From contig JBHLMN010000004.1 in NCBI GenBank assembly GCA_048938105.1, positions 287,442 to 351,441 on the forward strand: DNA of 64,000 nucleotides, read 5' to 3'. Under the pieces are notes generated by a model, which saw nothing but the letters and a program-made list of their open reading frames with translations, did no database searches and had not been told where the DNA came from. Source of the DNA: Promethearchaeota archaeon. Lineage in GTDB: Archaea; Asgardarchaeota; Heimdallarchaeia; Hodarchaeales; Hodarchaeaceae. Position numbers and translations under genes: made by a program. How positions within the stretch are numbered: position 1 is the stretch's first letter; each line of letters begins with the position of its first letter. Shown here one piece after another: positions 21,858 to 31,174 of the stretch.

Positions 21858-24821
21858 ATGAAGTTTGTTGATCGTGAGGATCTTATCAGAATAACAGAAA
21901 ATTGGGTAGGAAATAACAATAAAAAGAGAGTTCTTAATTTTTTTGGAATTGGTGGAATTGGTAAATCATGTCTTAAAAATGAATTATATAGAAGATACTC
22001 TCAAACTGAGAATGTTTCTGTTATTTCAATTGATTTCAAAACGTCTCATTTTCGTCATTTGCCCAAATTCTTATTTCAAATAAGATTACAATTAGGTAAG
22101 CAACTAAAGATCTCTTTTAATAACTTTGATCTAGCTTATACAATCTACTTTAAAGTAGTTATTCCATCATTTTCTTTAAGTGAACCAGCAAACCTTTTAG
22201 AGGAAGGAAATCTTATAGCTGAGATACTTACGAGTCTTCAGGGATTTCCAATGGTTGAAACTATACCAAAAATGTTATTGCTTCTCAAAAAGAGAATTAA
22301 ATGGTTTAATGAATGGATGAGAAGAAAACAACCTATTTTTCAAGAATTTATAGATCTTGCTGAACAGAGAAGAATATACGAATTGGAAGATAGATTATCT
22401 TATTTTCTTTTTGACGATTTACAGCTCTATTGTGAACAAAACTTAAATCAAAAACTTATTTTTCTAATAGATAGTTTTGAGCATTTAACACCCAAACAAG
22501 AAAGAACATTCTTAAGCAGGTATCAAAGGGATGAGTGGTTCCGAAACACTATTCTAAATCTTTCATTAGTGAAATGGATAATTTTTGGTCGAGATAAAAT
22601 CCTCTGGGCTGAGATAGATGAAAGATGGGAAGATATCATTCTACAAAAACGCGTCAAAGACCTTGAGATGCCTTTCAGAAAAACTATTCTTCAAAATTTA
22701 GAAATAGAACAAAAGTTACATGAAGAAATTGCAGAATGTTCTTATGGAGTACCGCTCTACCTTTATCTCTCTAAAGACATGTATGAAAGAGCAATAAAAC
22801 ATAAAAAATTTTTAACAGCTGAGGATATTCAACCCAATATTAATCAATTACTAGGATGCTTTTTTCATTATTTAAGCCGAGAAGAACAGACAGCGTTATT
22901 TTTATTTTCTATTCCTCGTTTTTGGAACGATGATCTCTGGCATATATTGATTAATAAGTTCCAGCCATCTCTAAAAACTTATAGACTTTCAGAATTTTGT
23001 AATTTCTCGTTCATAGATGTTGATAAAAATGGAAATATCTATTTTCATCCATTATTGCGTGATCTCTTGTTAAAAAAAGAAGAAAACCGATTTAAAGAGG
23101 TAAAAAATAAGTTCTTAGCTAATTATTACAGGAATTTCGCAAACATTGAAGATATTAAAAACATAACAAATGACCATATAGATGCATTTCAAGAAGCATT
23201 ATATCATTATCTTCAGTTAGAGAATATTGATGATGTTAATACTTGGTTCTGGAGTCTTCTATTTCCTTATAAAAGTGCAGGGTTCTACAGTCTAATTTTA
23301 CCAGTCATATATCAACTTATAGAGAAACTTCAAGAAAATCAAAACGATGATCTTGAGTCTCTCTCTCTTGCTTTAAACAACCTAGGAGACATATTACAGG
23401 AAATTGCTGAATATAGAGAAGCTGAAGAGACTTTTCAAAGAAGTTTATCTTTCGCTAAACAGTGCTTTAATGAAAACCATCCAAGAATAGGATCAATATT
23501 ACAGAATTTGGGAACACTATATATTAAGATGGGATTCTATGATAAAGCTGAACCTTTATTAGCACAAGCATTAGAAATTGATAGAACTCATTATGGAGAG
23601 AAGCATGTCTCGACTGGAATTGTATTAAATAATTATGCAAATTTATTATCAAAACTTGGTAGAAATCATGAGGCAGAAAATTATGCGCGCCTCTCAATTT
23701 CTATAGCTGAAGAAATTCTCGGAGACGATCATTTAGATGTTGCAACTAAATTAAGTACATTAGCAGGAATTTTAACAAATTTAGGACGTTTTAATGAGGC
23801 TGAACCCTTATACCGTAGATCTCTTTCCATTGCGGAAAAAAGATCAGGTGAAGATAGTATCTTAACAAGTATAGCTTTAAACAACCTTGCGATACATTTA
23901 GAAAGTTTTGGCGACATATCACAGAAATTTGAGGCAGAAAAGTTATATTATCGTGCTTTAAAAATCGCTAGAGCAAAATTAGGAGATGAACATCCCAAAA
24001 TTGGTCGAAGATTGAATAATTTGGGATTGTTAAAGAAGAATCTTGGAAAGATTGATGAAGCTGAACCTTTACTCAAAGAAGCTCTTATTATCACTGAGAA
24101 TGCATTAGGTAGTGATCATCCCGAGACAGCTATCAGATTAAACAATCTTGGTTTATTGTATGATGACACAGACCGTTTAGATAAAGCTGAACCATTGTTT
24201 AGAAAAGCCTTGGAGATTACAGAGAAGAAACAAGGTAAAGAACATCCCAAAGTTGTTAAAAGATTAAATAATCTAGCAAGTTTGCTAAGGAAAAAGAAAG
24301 AGTTTTCAGAGGCAGAATCACTTTTTAGAAGAGCTATCAAAATTGCAGAAGAAAAATTAGGAGTGAATCACCCTTTGACCGGGAAAACTTATAACAATTT
24401 TGGATTACTCTTATTAGAAATTCGAACTAAAGATTCTTATAAGGAAGCGGAAGTTCTACTTCGCAAAGCCTTGAAAATTAGTGAAGAAACATTTGAACCT
24501 GAAAGCTCGGAGGTAGATACTAGGTTAGACAATTTAACGAGGTGCTTAATTGAGAAAAAAAAGTATAAAGAGGCAGAACCATTATGTCGAAGATTCTTAA
24601 ATTTAGCACGCCAAAAACTTGGAAAAAATCATATAGAAACAGCGAGAAGAATGTATCTTTTAGGGCACTGTACCCATAAATTGAATAAACTTGAAGAAGC
24701 AGAAAAACTTTATGAAAAAGCATTTAGAATTACAAAGGATAAATTAGGTCCGAATAATAGAAGAACTATACTTTTTTATGCAAGTTACTCCAAATTACGA
24801 AACCAAAGAAAAGAAGGATGA
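21858..24821 (+). CDS. STAND-like P-loop NTPase with C-terminal TPR array (NLR/Avs-like)
   Basis: GIGGIGKS, LIFLIDSFE, GVPLYL, FHPLLRD and about 11 42-aa TPRs (LNNLG...EAEPL..KAL.I.E..LG..HP). Confidence 0.9.
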   Translation: MKFVDREDLIRITENWVGNNNKKRVLNFFGIGGIGKSCLKNELYRRYSQTENVSVISIDFKTSHFRHLPKFLFQIRLQLGKQLKISFNNFDLAYTIYFKVVIPSFSLSEPANLLEEGNLIAEILTSLQGFPMVETIPKMLLLLKKRIKWFNEWMRRKQPIFQEFIDLAEQRRIYELEDRLSYFLFDDLQLYCEQNLNQKLIFLIDSFEHLTPKQERTFLSRYQRDEWFRNTILNLSLVKWIIFGRDKILWAEIDERWEDIILQKRVKDLEMPFRKTILQNLEIEQKLHEEIAECSYGVPLYLYLSKDMYERAIKHKKFLTAEDIQPNINQLLGCFFHYLSREEQTALFLFSIPRFWNDDLWHILINKFQPSLKTYRLSEFCNFSFIDVDKNGNIYFHPLLRDLLLKKEENRFKEVKNKFLANYYRNFANIEDIKNITNDHIDAFQEALYHYLQLENIDDVNTWFWSLLFPYKSAGFYSLILPVIYQLIEKLQENQNDDLESLSLALNNLGDILQEIAEYREAEETFQRSLSFAKQCFNENHPRIGSILQNLGTLYIKMGFYDKAEPLLAQALEIDRTHYGEKHVSTGIVLNNYANLLSKLGRNHEAENYARLSISIAEEILGDDHLDVATKLSTLAGILTNLGRFNEAEPLYRRSLSIAEKRSGEDSILTSIALNNLAIHLESFGDISQKFEAEKLYYRALKIARAKLGDEHPKIGRRLNNLGLLKKNLGKIDEAEPLLKEALIITENALGSDHPETAIRLNNLGLLYDDTDRLDKAEPLFRKALEITEKKQGKEHPKVVKRLNNLASLLRKKKEFSEAESLFRRAIKIAEEKLGVNHPLTGKTYNNFGLLLLEIRTKDSYKEAEVLLRKALKISEETFEPESSEVDTRLDNLTRCLIEKKKYKEAEPLCRRFLNLARQKLGKNHIETARRMYLLGHCTHKLNKLEEAEKLYEKAFRITKDKLGPNNRRTILFYASYSKLRNQRKEG

Positions 24822-25020
24822 AAAGAATATCAGCTTGTTTCAACTTTCTTTACTTGAAATAAGTTTATCCATGTTTTTTTAATATCCTCATCTCTATCTG
24901 GTAAAATTTATCAAGGTAGATGAAAGTAATTTTCTTATCGTTAAATCTAGGATTTTTTAGAGTATCCATAGAAATATCATTAATATCGGACCAAAGAAGG
25001 GAGGTTATGATAATAATCTA

Positions 25021-26448
25021 TCAGATGAAACTTGATAACAAATTCTTGATTTCATTCAAAGAATTCTTCCATTCTTCTCTTTTTCTTAGATAATCAACAT
25101 AATGAACAGAAGTACGGGCAAAGTTCTGGAAGTCGGTCCAGAAGAACTGTGAATTCTTATTTTCAATCCTTGTTTTAGTATACGCAAACTCCAAAAATTC
25201 ATTAATTGTACTGATTCTTGTTGAATCAAGTTGATTGTATTCCTTTAGAATAAAATATCTTAACTCCTTAATTTTCTCTTTAATTCTTTTAATCTCTTCA
25301 TTATATATTCTTTTCATAAAATCGTATTTATTGTAAAAAGAGCTTATTATCTCATTTGCTAGTTTATCTTCAAGTAAGTTTACTTCTTCATATAAATTAT
25401 AAAGAGGTTCCACCTTATTTTTTAATTCTTGATCAGCTTTCTCCCAAAGAATATTCCTTTTTAATCCGCTAATTACATTTAAGACTCGTTCACCTAAATT
25501 ATTTTCTCTTTTTCCACAACCAAATATATCTTGATCTAATAATTCAAGACTTCCAACGATTCTGCTGTACAATGGACTGTAGATTTTATCTAATAAGTCT
25601 TTATTAAGAAAATTGCTCGTAGTTGCTGAGCGAATTGATTTAGTAGTAGTATATTTCATCTCATCTTTTATAGCTACTCTAATAAATTCTTTGAATTTAG
25701 AGATGAAATTACTTGGATCTTCAAGATTATATTTGATATGATGAATGATTTTAGTGTCGAAGGGGTTGTCATCTCCAGATTGGCATATCAAAATGACCCT
25801 CCTCCCTCTTCCGAAACACATCCCAATTTCGCAAAAGACATTTGGGTTTTTATCAGTCATGTCAGCAATTAGAATTCCTGATTCTATAATTGCTTGACAA
25901 ATATTGCAAAGAGAATTAGGGGCATCAAATTTTTCATCAGCTCTTATACAGGATATATTCATTTCTTTGAGTGTTTTTTTGACGACAGAATGATAAAAAT
26001 CAGTCAGATCTTTTTTAAATGGCATCATTACAAAAGCTTTAGAATAATTAGGTCTTATATTCAGATAAGGACATGCTTTGAGATTAAGATAACAAATACG
26101 TTCATTATAGAAAGCTTCGTCTTTTTTCACATCCACATCATCGAATAAATCAATAATCGATTGAATAAATAACTTTACTTCTTCTAATCCATTCTGAAAT
26201 TGTTTTTCAAACATAGACTTTGACATGCCTTCAAAAGCAAAACTAGGGGAATAAGAGATTTTGTTATATTCCTCTATAATAGAGGCATTTTCCCCGAATA
26301 AAAATTGTAGCAAGATCTTTGTTTGCCTTTGCCAGTTTAAAAATTCAGGTGAATACGCGTCCAATCTTTTAAGTGACTCAATCTCTTCTAATTGCGTAAT
26401 AAATTTCTTTTTTGCCTTTTTTCTATCTAACATTAAAATATCTCTCAT
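25021..26448 (-). CDS. Protein with central nucleoside 2-deoxyribosyltransferase/TIR-like domain
   Basis: AFVMMPF...CIRADE...ILIADMTDKNPNVFCEIG...PFD. Confidence 0.8.
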   Translation of the reverse strand: MRDILMLDRKKAKKKFITQLEEIESLKRLDAYSPEFLNWQRQTKILLQFLFGENASIIEEYNKISYSPSFAFEGMSKSMFEKQFQNGLEEVKLFIQSIIDLFDDVDVKKDEAFYNERICYLNLKACPYLNIRPNYSKAFVMMPFKKDLTDFYHSVVKKTLKEMNISCIRADEKFDAPNSLCNICQAIIESGILIADMTDKNPNVFCEIGMCFGRGRRVILICQSGDDNPFDTKIIHHIKYNLEDPSNFISKFKEFIRVAIKDEMKYTTTKSIRSATTSNFLNKDLLDKIYSPLYSRIVGSLELLDQDIFGCGKRENNLGERVLNVISGLKRNILWEKADQELKNKVEPLYNLYEEVNLLEDKLANEIISSFYNKYDFMKRIYNEEIKRIKEKIKELRYFILKEYNQLDSTRISTINEFLEFAYTKTRIENKNSQFFWTDFQNFARTSVHYVDYLRKREEWKNSLNEIKNLLSSFI

Positions 26449-26882
26449 TTTAATTAGAAGATCTATCCCTTCTCTATTTATACTTACTATTGGTATGCAT
26501 TCATTAACTTTTCTTTAATCCTCTAGAAAACCCCCCATTGTCTTCTCATCTAAGCAAGAAGCTTTTGATAGAATCATGAACTTAGAAAAAAGTGATTTAC
26601 TTACTGCGAAAGTTGAAACTCTTCACATAAAAGTAGTAGAAAATTAGAAGCTCTAAAAAAGTTTGAAAAAAAGAAGAGGAGATTATTTCTCTTCTGTTTG
26701 AATGATGATAACCTTATTAGGGTCTTTTTGCTTGCTTAACAATAAAGTGATTATTATCTTCACAATAATTTCAACTCTACTTAGTCACCTCCAATATATA
26801 TGTGTACGTAAAATTCTTCTATTTCCTATAATATTCTTGGAATAATAGAACAACTTTCACATATAATATGATTATAATCATA

Positions 26883-27314
26883 TCAGGTAAAGAGGAGTGG
26901 AGGATCACTAGATATAGAATCTTTCTCTTTATAGAAGTAAACAAATATGAATAGTATAGGAGGAACAAATGTAATAATCAATGTGGTAGGAAGATTAAAT
27001 ATACTATATGTCGATAAAAGAAGGAAAATAATGATTAGTGAATTTTGGACTATGCCTAGAACTGAAACGATTAAGAGATGAGCTCTTCTTAATTCATTGA
27101 TAGAATATTTTCTTCCGTTCATGCTTTCTACAAGAAGACCAGAAGCATAAATATAAAAAGCAGACATCATTGAAGCAATGATTAATAAATTCTGTATAAG
27201 GGATTGATCCATATCCTTACGAAATAAAACTATTGAAACATAAAATAAATCAAGGTAGATAGTTATTACAATTGACAATAAGAAGCAATGTTTGAGTTTA
27301 TTTTTGAGATCCAT
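26883..27314 (-). CDS. Small integral membrane protein (about 4 TM)
   Basis: Four hydrophobic segments in 143 aa. Confidence 0.6.
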   Translation of the reverse strand: MDLKNKLKHCFLLSIVITIYLDLFYVSIVLFRKDMDQSLIQNLLIIASMMSAFYIYASGLLVESMNGRKYSINELRRAHLLIVSVLGIVQNSLIIIFLLLSTYSIFNLPTTLIITFVPPILFIFVYFYKEKDSISSDPPLLFT

Positions 27315-27348
27315 TTATTTAACGTCCATATTTTTAGAATTTTTCCCA

Positions 27349-27675
27349 TTACTTTCGACAATTTTGTGGTTCAGGCACTTCCCCTGTCTTCGCACACACA
27401 AACCATTGTTCATCGGCTAGTCCTATACTCGTTACCAAATGTAAATGTGGGCATTCAATCTCATAGTTCTGTTGATAGATCTGTTCCATCTGGATGGGGG
27501 TTCCCTTGATAAAATATGGGCATTTGATAGGGCATCGGGTGAGGTATTCTCTCATCACCAGACAATAATAAATTGTACGGGATTTCTGCTGGTCTATCAC
27601 TTGATATTGGCATTCTTTAGGCGTGGATTCCGTGCGTAGTCCTCCTCTGGGATTAGCATGGTACCGATTGTTCAT
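27349..27675 (-). CDS. Cys-rich small protein, paralog of 34556..34897
   Basis: EC..CL..CPxxCxxF..YEIEC..C..C pattern; directly follows luxC. Confidence 0.7.
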   Translation of the reverse strand: MNNRYHANPRGGLRTESTPKECQYQVIDQQKSRTIYYCLVMREYLTRCPIKCPYFIKGTPIQMEQIYQQNYEIECPHLHLVTSIGLADEQWFVCAKTGEVPEPQNCRK

Positions 27676-29113
27676 CCATCACCCACTTGCACATACGTCG
27701 GAGTGGTTCTATGGCATCCTGTGGTGTCGCAAAGCTTGCTGTTGCCGCATATCCCAATGAGACAATCCGTTGCACTCCCGAGCGCACCAAGTCATCACGG
27801 ATCTGCTGTTTCAATCGTTCAGGGTAGATCCCCACTGTTTGTGTGTACGCATTCACTGACTGGACGACCGTCTGTAACTCATCCACGGGTACTAGATTCA
27901 CTACCCGTCCACATAATTTGGGCGAGAAATCCACAGGTTCATCGATCTGGCTCACGATCACTGCTCCTTCGTTGTGTTCGCCTCCTAGCACCTTGTAAAA
28001 GTCCTCATCCATCCGTAATCCCTCAATATCCGCTTTCAAATCGAGGTTAAAGTCTTTCGCAGGAGTGGACAAATGGTGCGGGAGATTCACCAATGAGTAG
28101 TACAGATAAGCGCCTAGTTGGTTCAGGTTGGCAATTCCCTTCTTATCAGTCCCTGATTCTACATATATTACTCGACTATTCACGCACGCTTCTTGGTTAA
28201 AACTTCCCACATCGATCGCAGCGCGTTGGGTAGCCGTTCGTAAGGTCTTCTCATTCTCGAATGCTTCCTTACCAATGATCGAGAGACTCAACTTGGGATC
28301 TAATGTGATCAAGTCGATTCCTGGTTGCAGATATTGACTGATATGCTTCACCGAGGCGAAACCCCCCCATGCTATGATTTTTTCTAGGTACTGGGGTTGG
28401 TAGAACGCGCTTTCAAACTCTGTATTCCCTCCTTTGTAATATAGCACTGTCACATGTTTTGTGATCGGGTGTGTGGGTTCCATCTCAATCATCGTTCGTG
28501 CTAGTGCACTTGCTGTGAGTGGATCGTTCGATGGCAATTTGATGATTGTGTCACATCTGGTGCAACAACTTCTAGCTAGTGTTCCCGCTGCTACTAGTGG
28601 TACGTTTCCAGCAATTATATGTGCTGTGCGTGCGCCAAACGCTCTCACTGACACCGTGCGTCCATCATTTAACGTCATTGGCACCCATTCTTCCAAATAC
28701 TTGATTCCGATTCGTTTCTCCAACATTTCTCTCAAGAATTCTTTCGACAAGAATGTGGGTAGTGCCTGATACGTTGTTTGCAACACGCTTTTCGTTAACC
28801 CTGATGCCTCACAGTTCAGTAGGAATGCTTCACGTAAATACTCATTCTCTGGGAGTACACACCGTTCCCCCAGATCCTCCATAAACGTCAAGATTTCCTC
28901 AACACTCAGTTCGTATAAGTCTTTCAAGTGTGACGGGTGTTTCAACACAATTTTCAGCAAATATTTCTTTGGATCGGGTGTGCAAAATGTTGTTACCCCA
29001 TGGCGCCCTCCGAATATAAGGGTATAATCATCAATGATCCGCCCTCTCGCTATGATTGGCACTTCGTATTCCACTAGTTCTATGGTCGTTTTTGGTTCAT
29101 TCAATACTTCCAT
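27653..29113 (-). CDS. luxC: Long-chain acyl-CoA reductase (LuxC family)
   Basis: HIIAGNVP, IIKLPSNDP, IIAWGG, DPKLS, NQEACVNSR and QTVG. Likely start is ATG 29113 (the track extends to 29188). Confidence 0.88.
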   Translation of the reverse strand: MEVLNEPKTTIELVEYEVPIIARGRIIDDYTLIFGGRHGVTTFCTPDPKKYLLKIVLKHPSHLKDLYELSVEEILTFMEDLGERCVLPENEYLREAFLLNCEASGLTKSVLQTTYQALPTFLSKEFLREMLEKRIGIKYLEEWVPMTLNDGRTVSVRAFGARTAHIIAGNVPLVAAGTLARSCCTRCDTIIKLPSNDPLTASALARTMIEMEPTHPITKHVTVLYYKGGNTEFESAFYQPQYLEKIIAWGGFASVKHISQYLQPGIDLITLDPKLSLSIIGKEAFENEKTLRTATQRAAIDVGSFNQEACVNSRVIYVESGTDKKGIANLNQLGAYLYYSLVNLPHHLSTPAKDFNLDLKADIEGLRMDEDFYKVLGGEHNEGAVIVSQIDEPVDFSPKLCGRVVNLVPVDELQTVVQSVNAYTQTVGIYPERLKQQIRDDLVRSGVQRIVSLGYAATASFATPQDAIEPLRRMCKWVMDEQSVPC

Positions 29114-29171
29114 TGACTGATCACCTGATAATGAATGCATTATGAAAAAATAGAGGAAAAGATGAAGGAAT

Positions 29172-30632
29172 CTACGCCTCCTCCTCATCCTCGAGAAGGA
29201 AGTCTAGGAGATTATCGTGGGCTTCGTGTACCCCTGCACAACTTATCTTGTCGTCGCCCCCTTGTTCCTCACTGTACCGAATGATGTTGTTCTCGAGCCA
29301 CGGCCCTTTCAACCCACACGCGCAATTGTCCCAGTGAATAGTCACTTTGTCGCCCGACACGAATCCGCCCCAATAGGTCTCGGTGAGGAGATCATAGAAC
29401 GCAAAGCGCCCTGTATGTACCCCTTCTCGGGGATAGGCTTCCCCTGTATCGGGATCTAACACAAATGGGACGTGGTACGGCAGGATGTGGTAGTGATTGT
29501 ATTCACACAATGCTGCACCTCCGCCAGAGGTTTCGGTCATGCCATATGCATCACGGATTTGTTTAAATCCCCAAAATTCACAGGTTTTTTCATACCATCC
29601 CTCGGGGTAGACTGCCCCTTTCATTCCTCCGCCTGTGAGGATTGCTGAGGTTGGGGCAAAGATGTTCTTAATTCCCTTCTCGATTCCTTGGAGGGCGGGC
29701 TCCACCAACATATTCCATGTGCCTATGAGGAAGACTTGTCAGCCAGCATACTTTGTGGTGATTTTGGTAAAAAACTCTTCCATTGCTTTTGGTTGTGCTT
29801 TCTTCATCCGAATGAGTTCGCCCTTGTTCCAGGCCATCGCTTTGATCAATTGGAGTTTTCCGAGTTCCCCTTTTGCCTTCGCCGCTTTTAATCGTCCTGC
29901 CAATGAGATGAAATCTGCACTCATGGGGAAGTCAAATGCGGTGACGAAGTCTTCTTCTCCCCCTGCAATGATGGGGCCTATCTGGGAGCAGACACGCTGT
30001 GCCAGTTGCCTGCCTCCTCGAAACACGGGGGCTATGCAGGGCATCTTCGTTTCATGGAAATTCACCCCATTTTGCAGTTCCAGCATCATGAAGAACCCGT
30101 TAACGTAGTTTGTCATCTCACTCTGGCTTCGGGGGAGGAATGACAGTTTCCCTGACGTTCCTGACGAATGCACGACCAGTAATTCTGATTGCGCTTCCAC
30201 CTGGTCTAACCAATCATCTATGCTTTTGGCTTGGATATTGTAACAGTGCGATAAGTCATGGGTCGTGAATTTATCTAACCATTTGGTTAACAGGCCATAC
30301 CGTTTCTTCTCAATCAGACTCAACGGATACGACTTGTATGCCGTGTGCTGGAATAAGATTGGTACTACATCGTCTAGTGTCTCAATTTTACTGATATTCT
30401 GCTCGTCAGCTAACTTCTCTAGCGCTTTCACGCGTGGTCGGAAGTATTCAAACGCTTGTTTGACCCATTTTAGTTGTAACGCGGTCAGTGTCTCTCCATC
30501 GATCGTGTACAGGTCTCTCGGGACGTTCTTCGATCGATCCACCCATTCCCGTGGGTGGCCTGCTAGTTTTCCGAATTGTTCTGTTGTTCTTTCGGCTGCT
30601 TCTTTTGTTGTGATTTCTGTTTCTATGGTCAT
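29172..30632 (-). pseudogene. luxE: LuxE-like acyl-protein synthetase interrupted by one in-frame TGA at 29739-29741
   Basis: HSSGTSGKLSF, YGMTE and GRFAFYDLL...SGD motifs. Reads KYAG*QVFLIGTWNMLVEP, so both track ORFs are in one frame. Confidence 0.8.
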
Positions 30633-30705
30633 TGTTCTTGCTTCCAAGAATTGTTCTTGCATCTGCTAGCTATTCTTGGCAGCTGTTTTTATACTTGAAA
30701 TCCCA
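30629..30705 (+). repeat. 77-bp direct repeat, copy 1 (luxE promoter/leader including its ATG)
   Basis: 74/77 identical to 34343-34419; contains a GTATAAAAA TATA-like box on the - strand. Confidence 0.92.
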
Positions 30706-30883
30706 ATCCCTACTGATGAGCCATTAATAATGATGTTATTCATCCTTTTTATATTCATAATCAGGGTATTAAGAAAATGAGAACTTACTTTGAGTATGGT
30801 GAAATACCATCCAAGTAGGGCATTTGGATTTAACCCTGATCATCTTTTTTCGTATCAATAAAAAAATGAGGTAAATGGCTAAC

Positions 30884-31048
30884 TTACCTTTTCCTAAATC
30901 GTTCTAACCATTTATCCCAATTAAACTTTTCTCTATCTTTCTTTCTCTGTTCTTCTTCTTTAGTAATTAAGTTCCAAAAAGCACGCCATGCCTCTTCCAT
31001 GTAATGCTTTTTCAATTTCTCTACCATCATGATACTTTCATACAACAT
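30884..31048 (-). CDS. 54-aa charged Trp-rich small protein
   Basis: MLYESIMMVEKLKKHYMEEAWRAFWNLITKEEEQRKKDREKFNWDKWLERFRKR; hand-translated, below the track cutoff. Confidence 0.45.
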   Translation of the reverse strand: MLYESIMMVEKLKKHYMEEAWRAFWNLITKEEEQRKKDREKFNWDKWLERFRKR

Positions 31049-31174
31049 AGATACTAATCCAAAATTTACTATTTTTTTCTTTTTATGGTTTTTTCAATCT
31101 CCCCACTAGTGACAATACAAAACTAATTTATAACTTTTAGTTTCTTTTATAACATCCTTTGTACTATTCAATTT

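Noticed and set aside
27653-30632. Bioluminescence operon
   Set aside because: No luxA/luxB or luxD; luxCE-like pairs also occur without luciferase.
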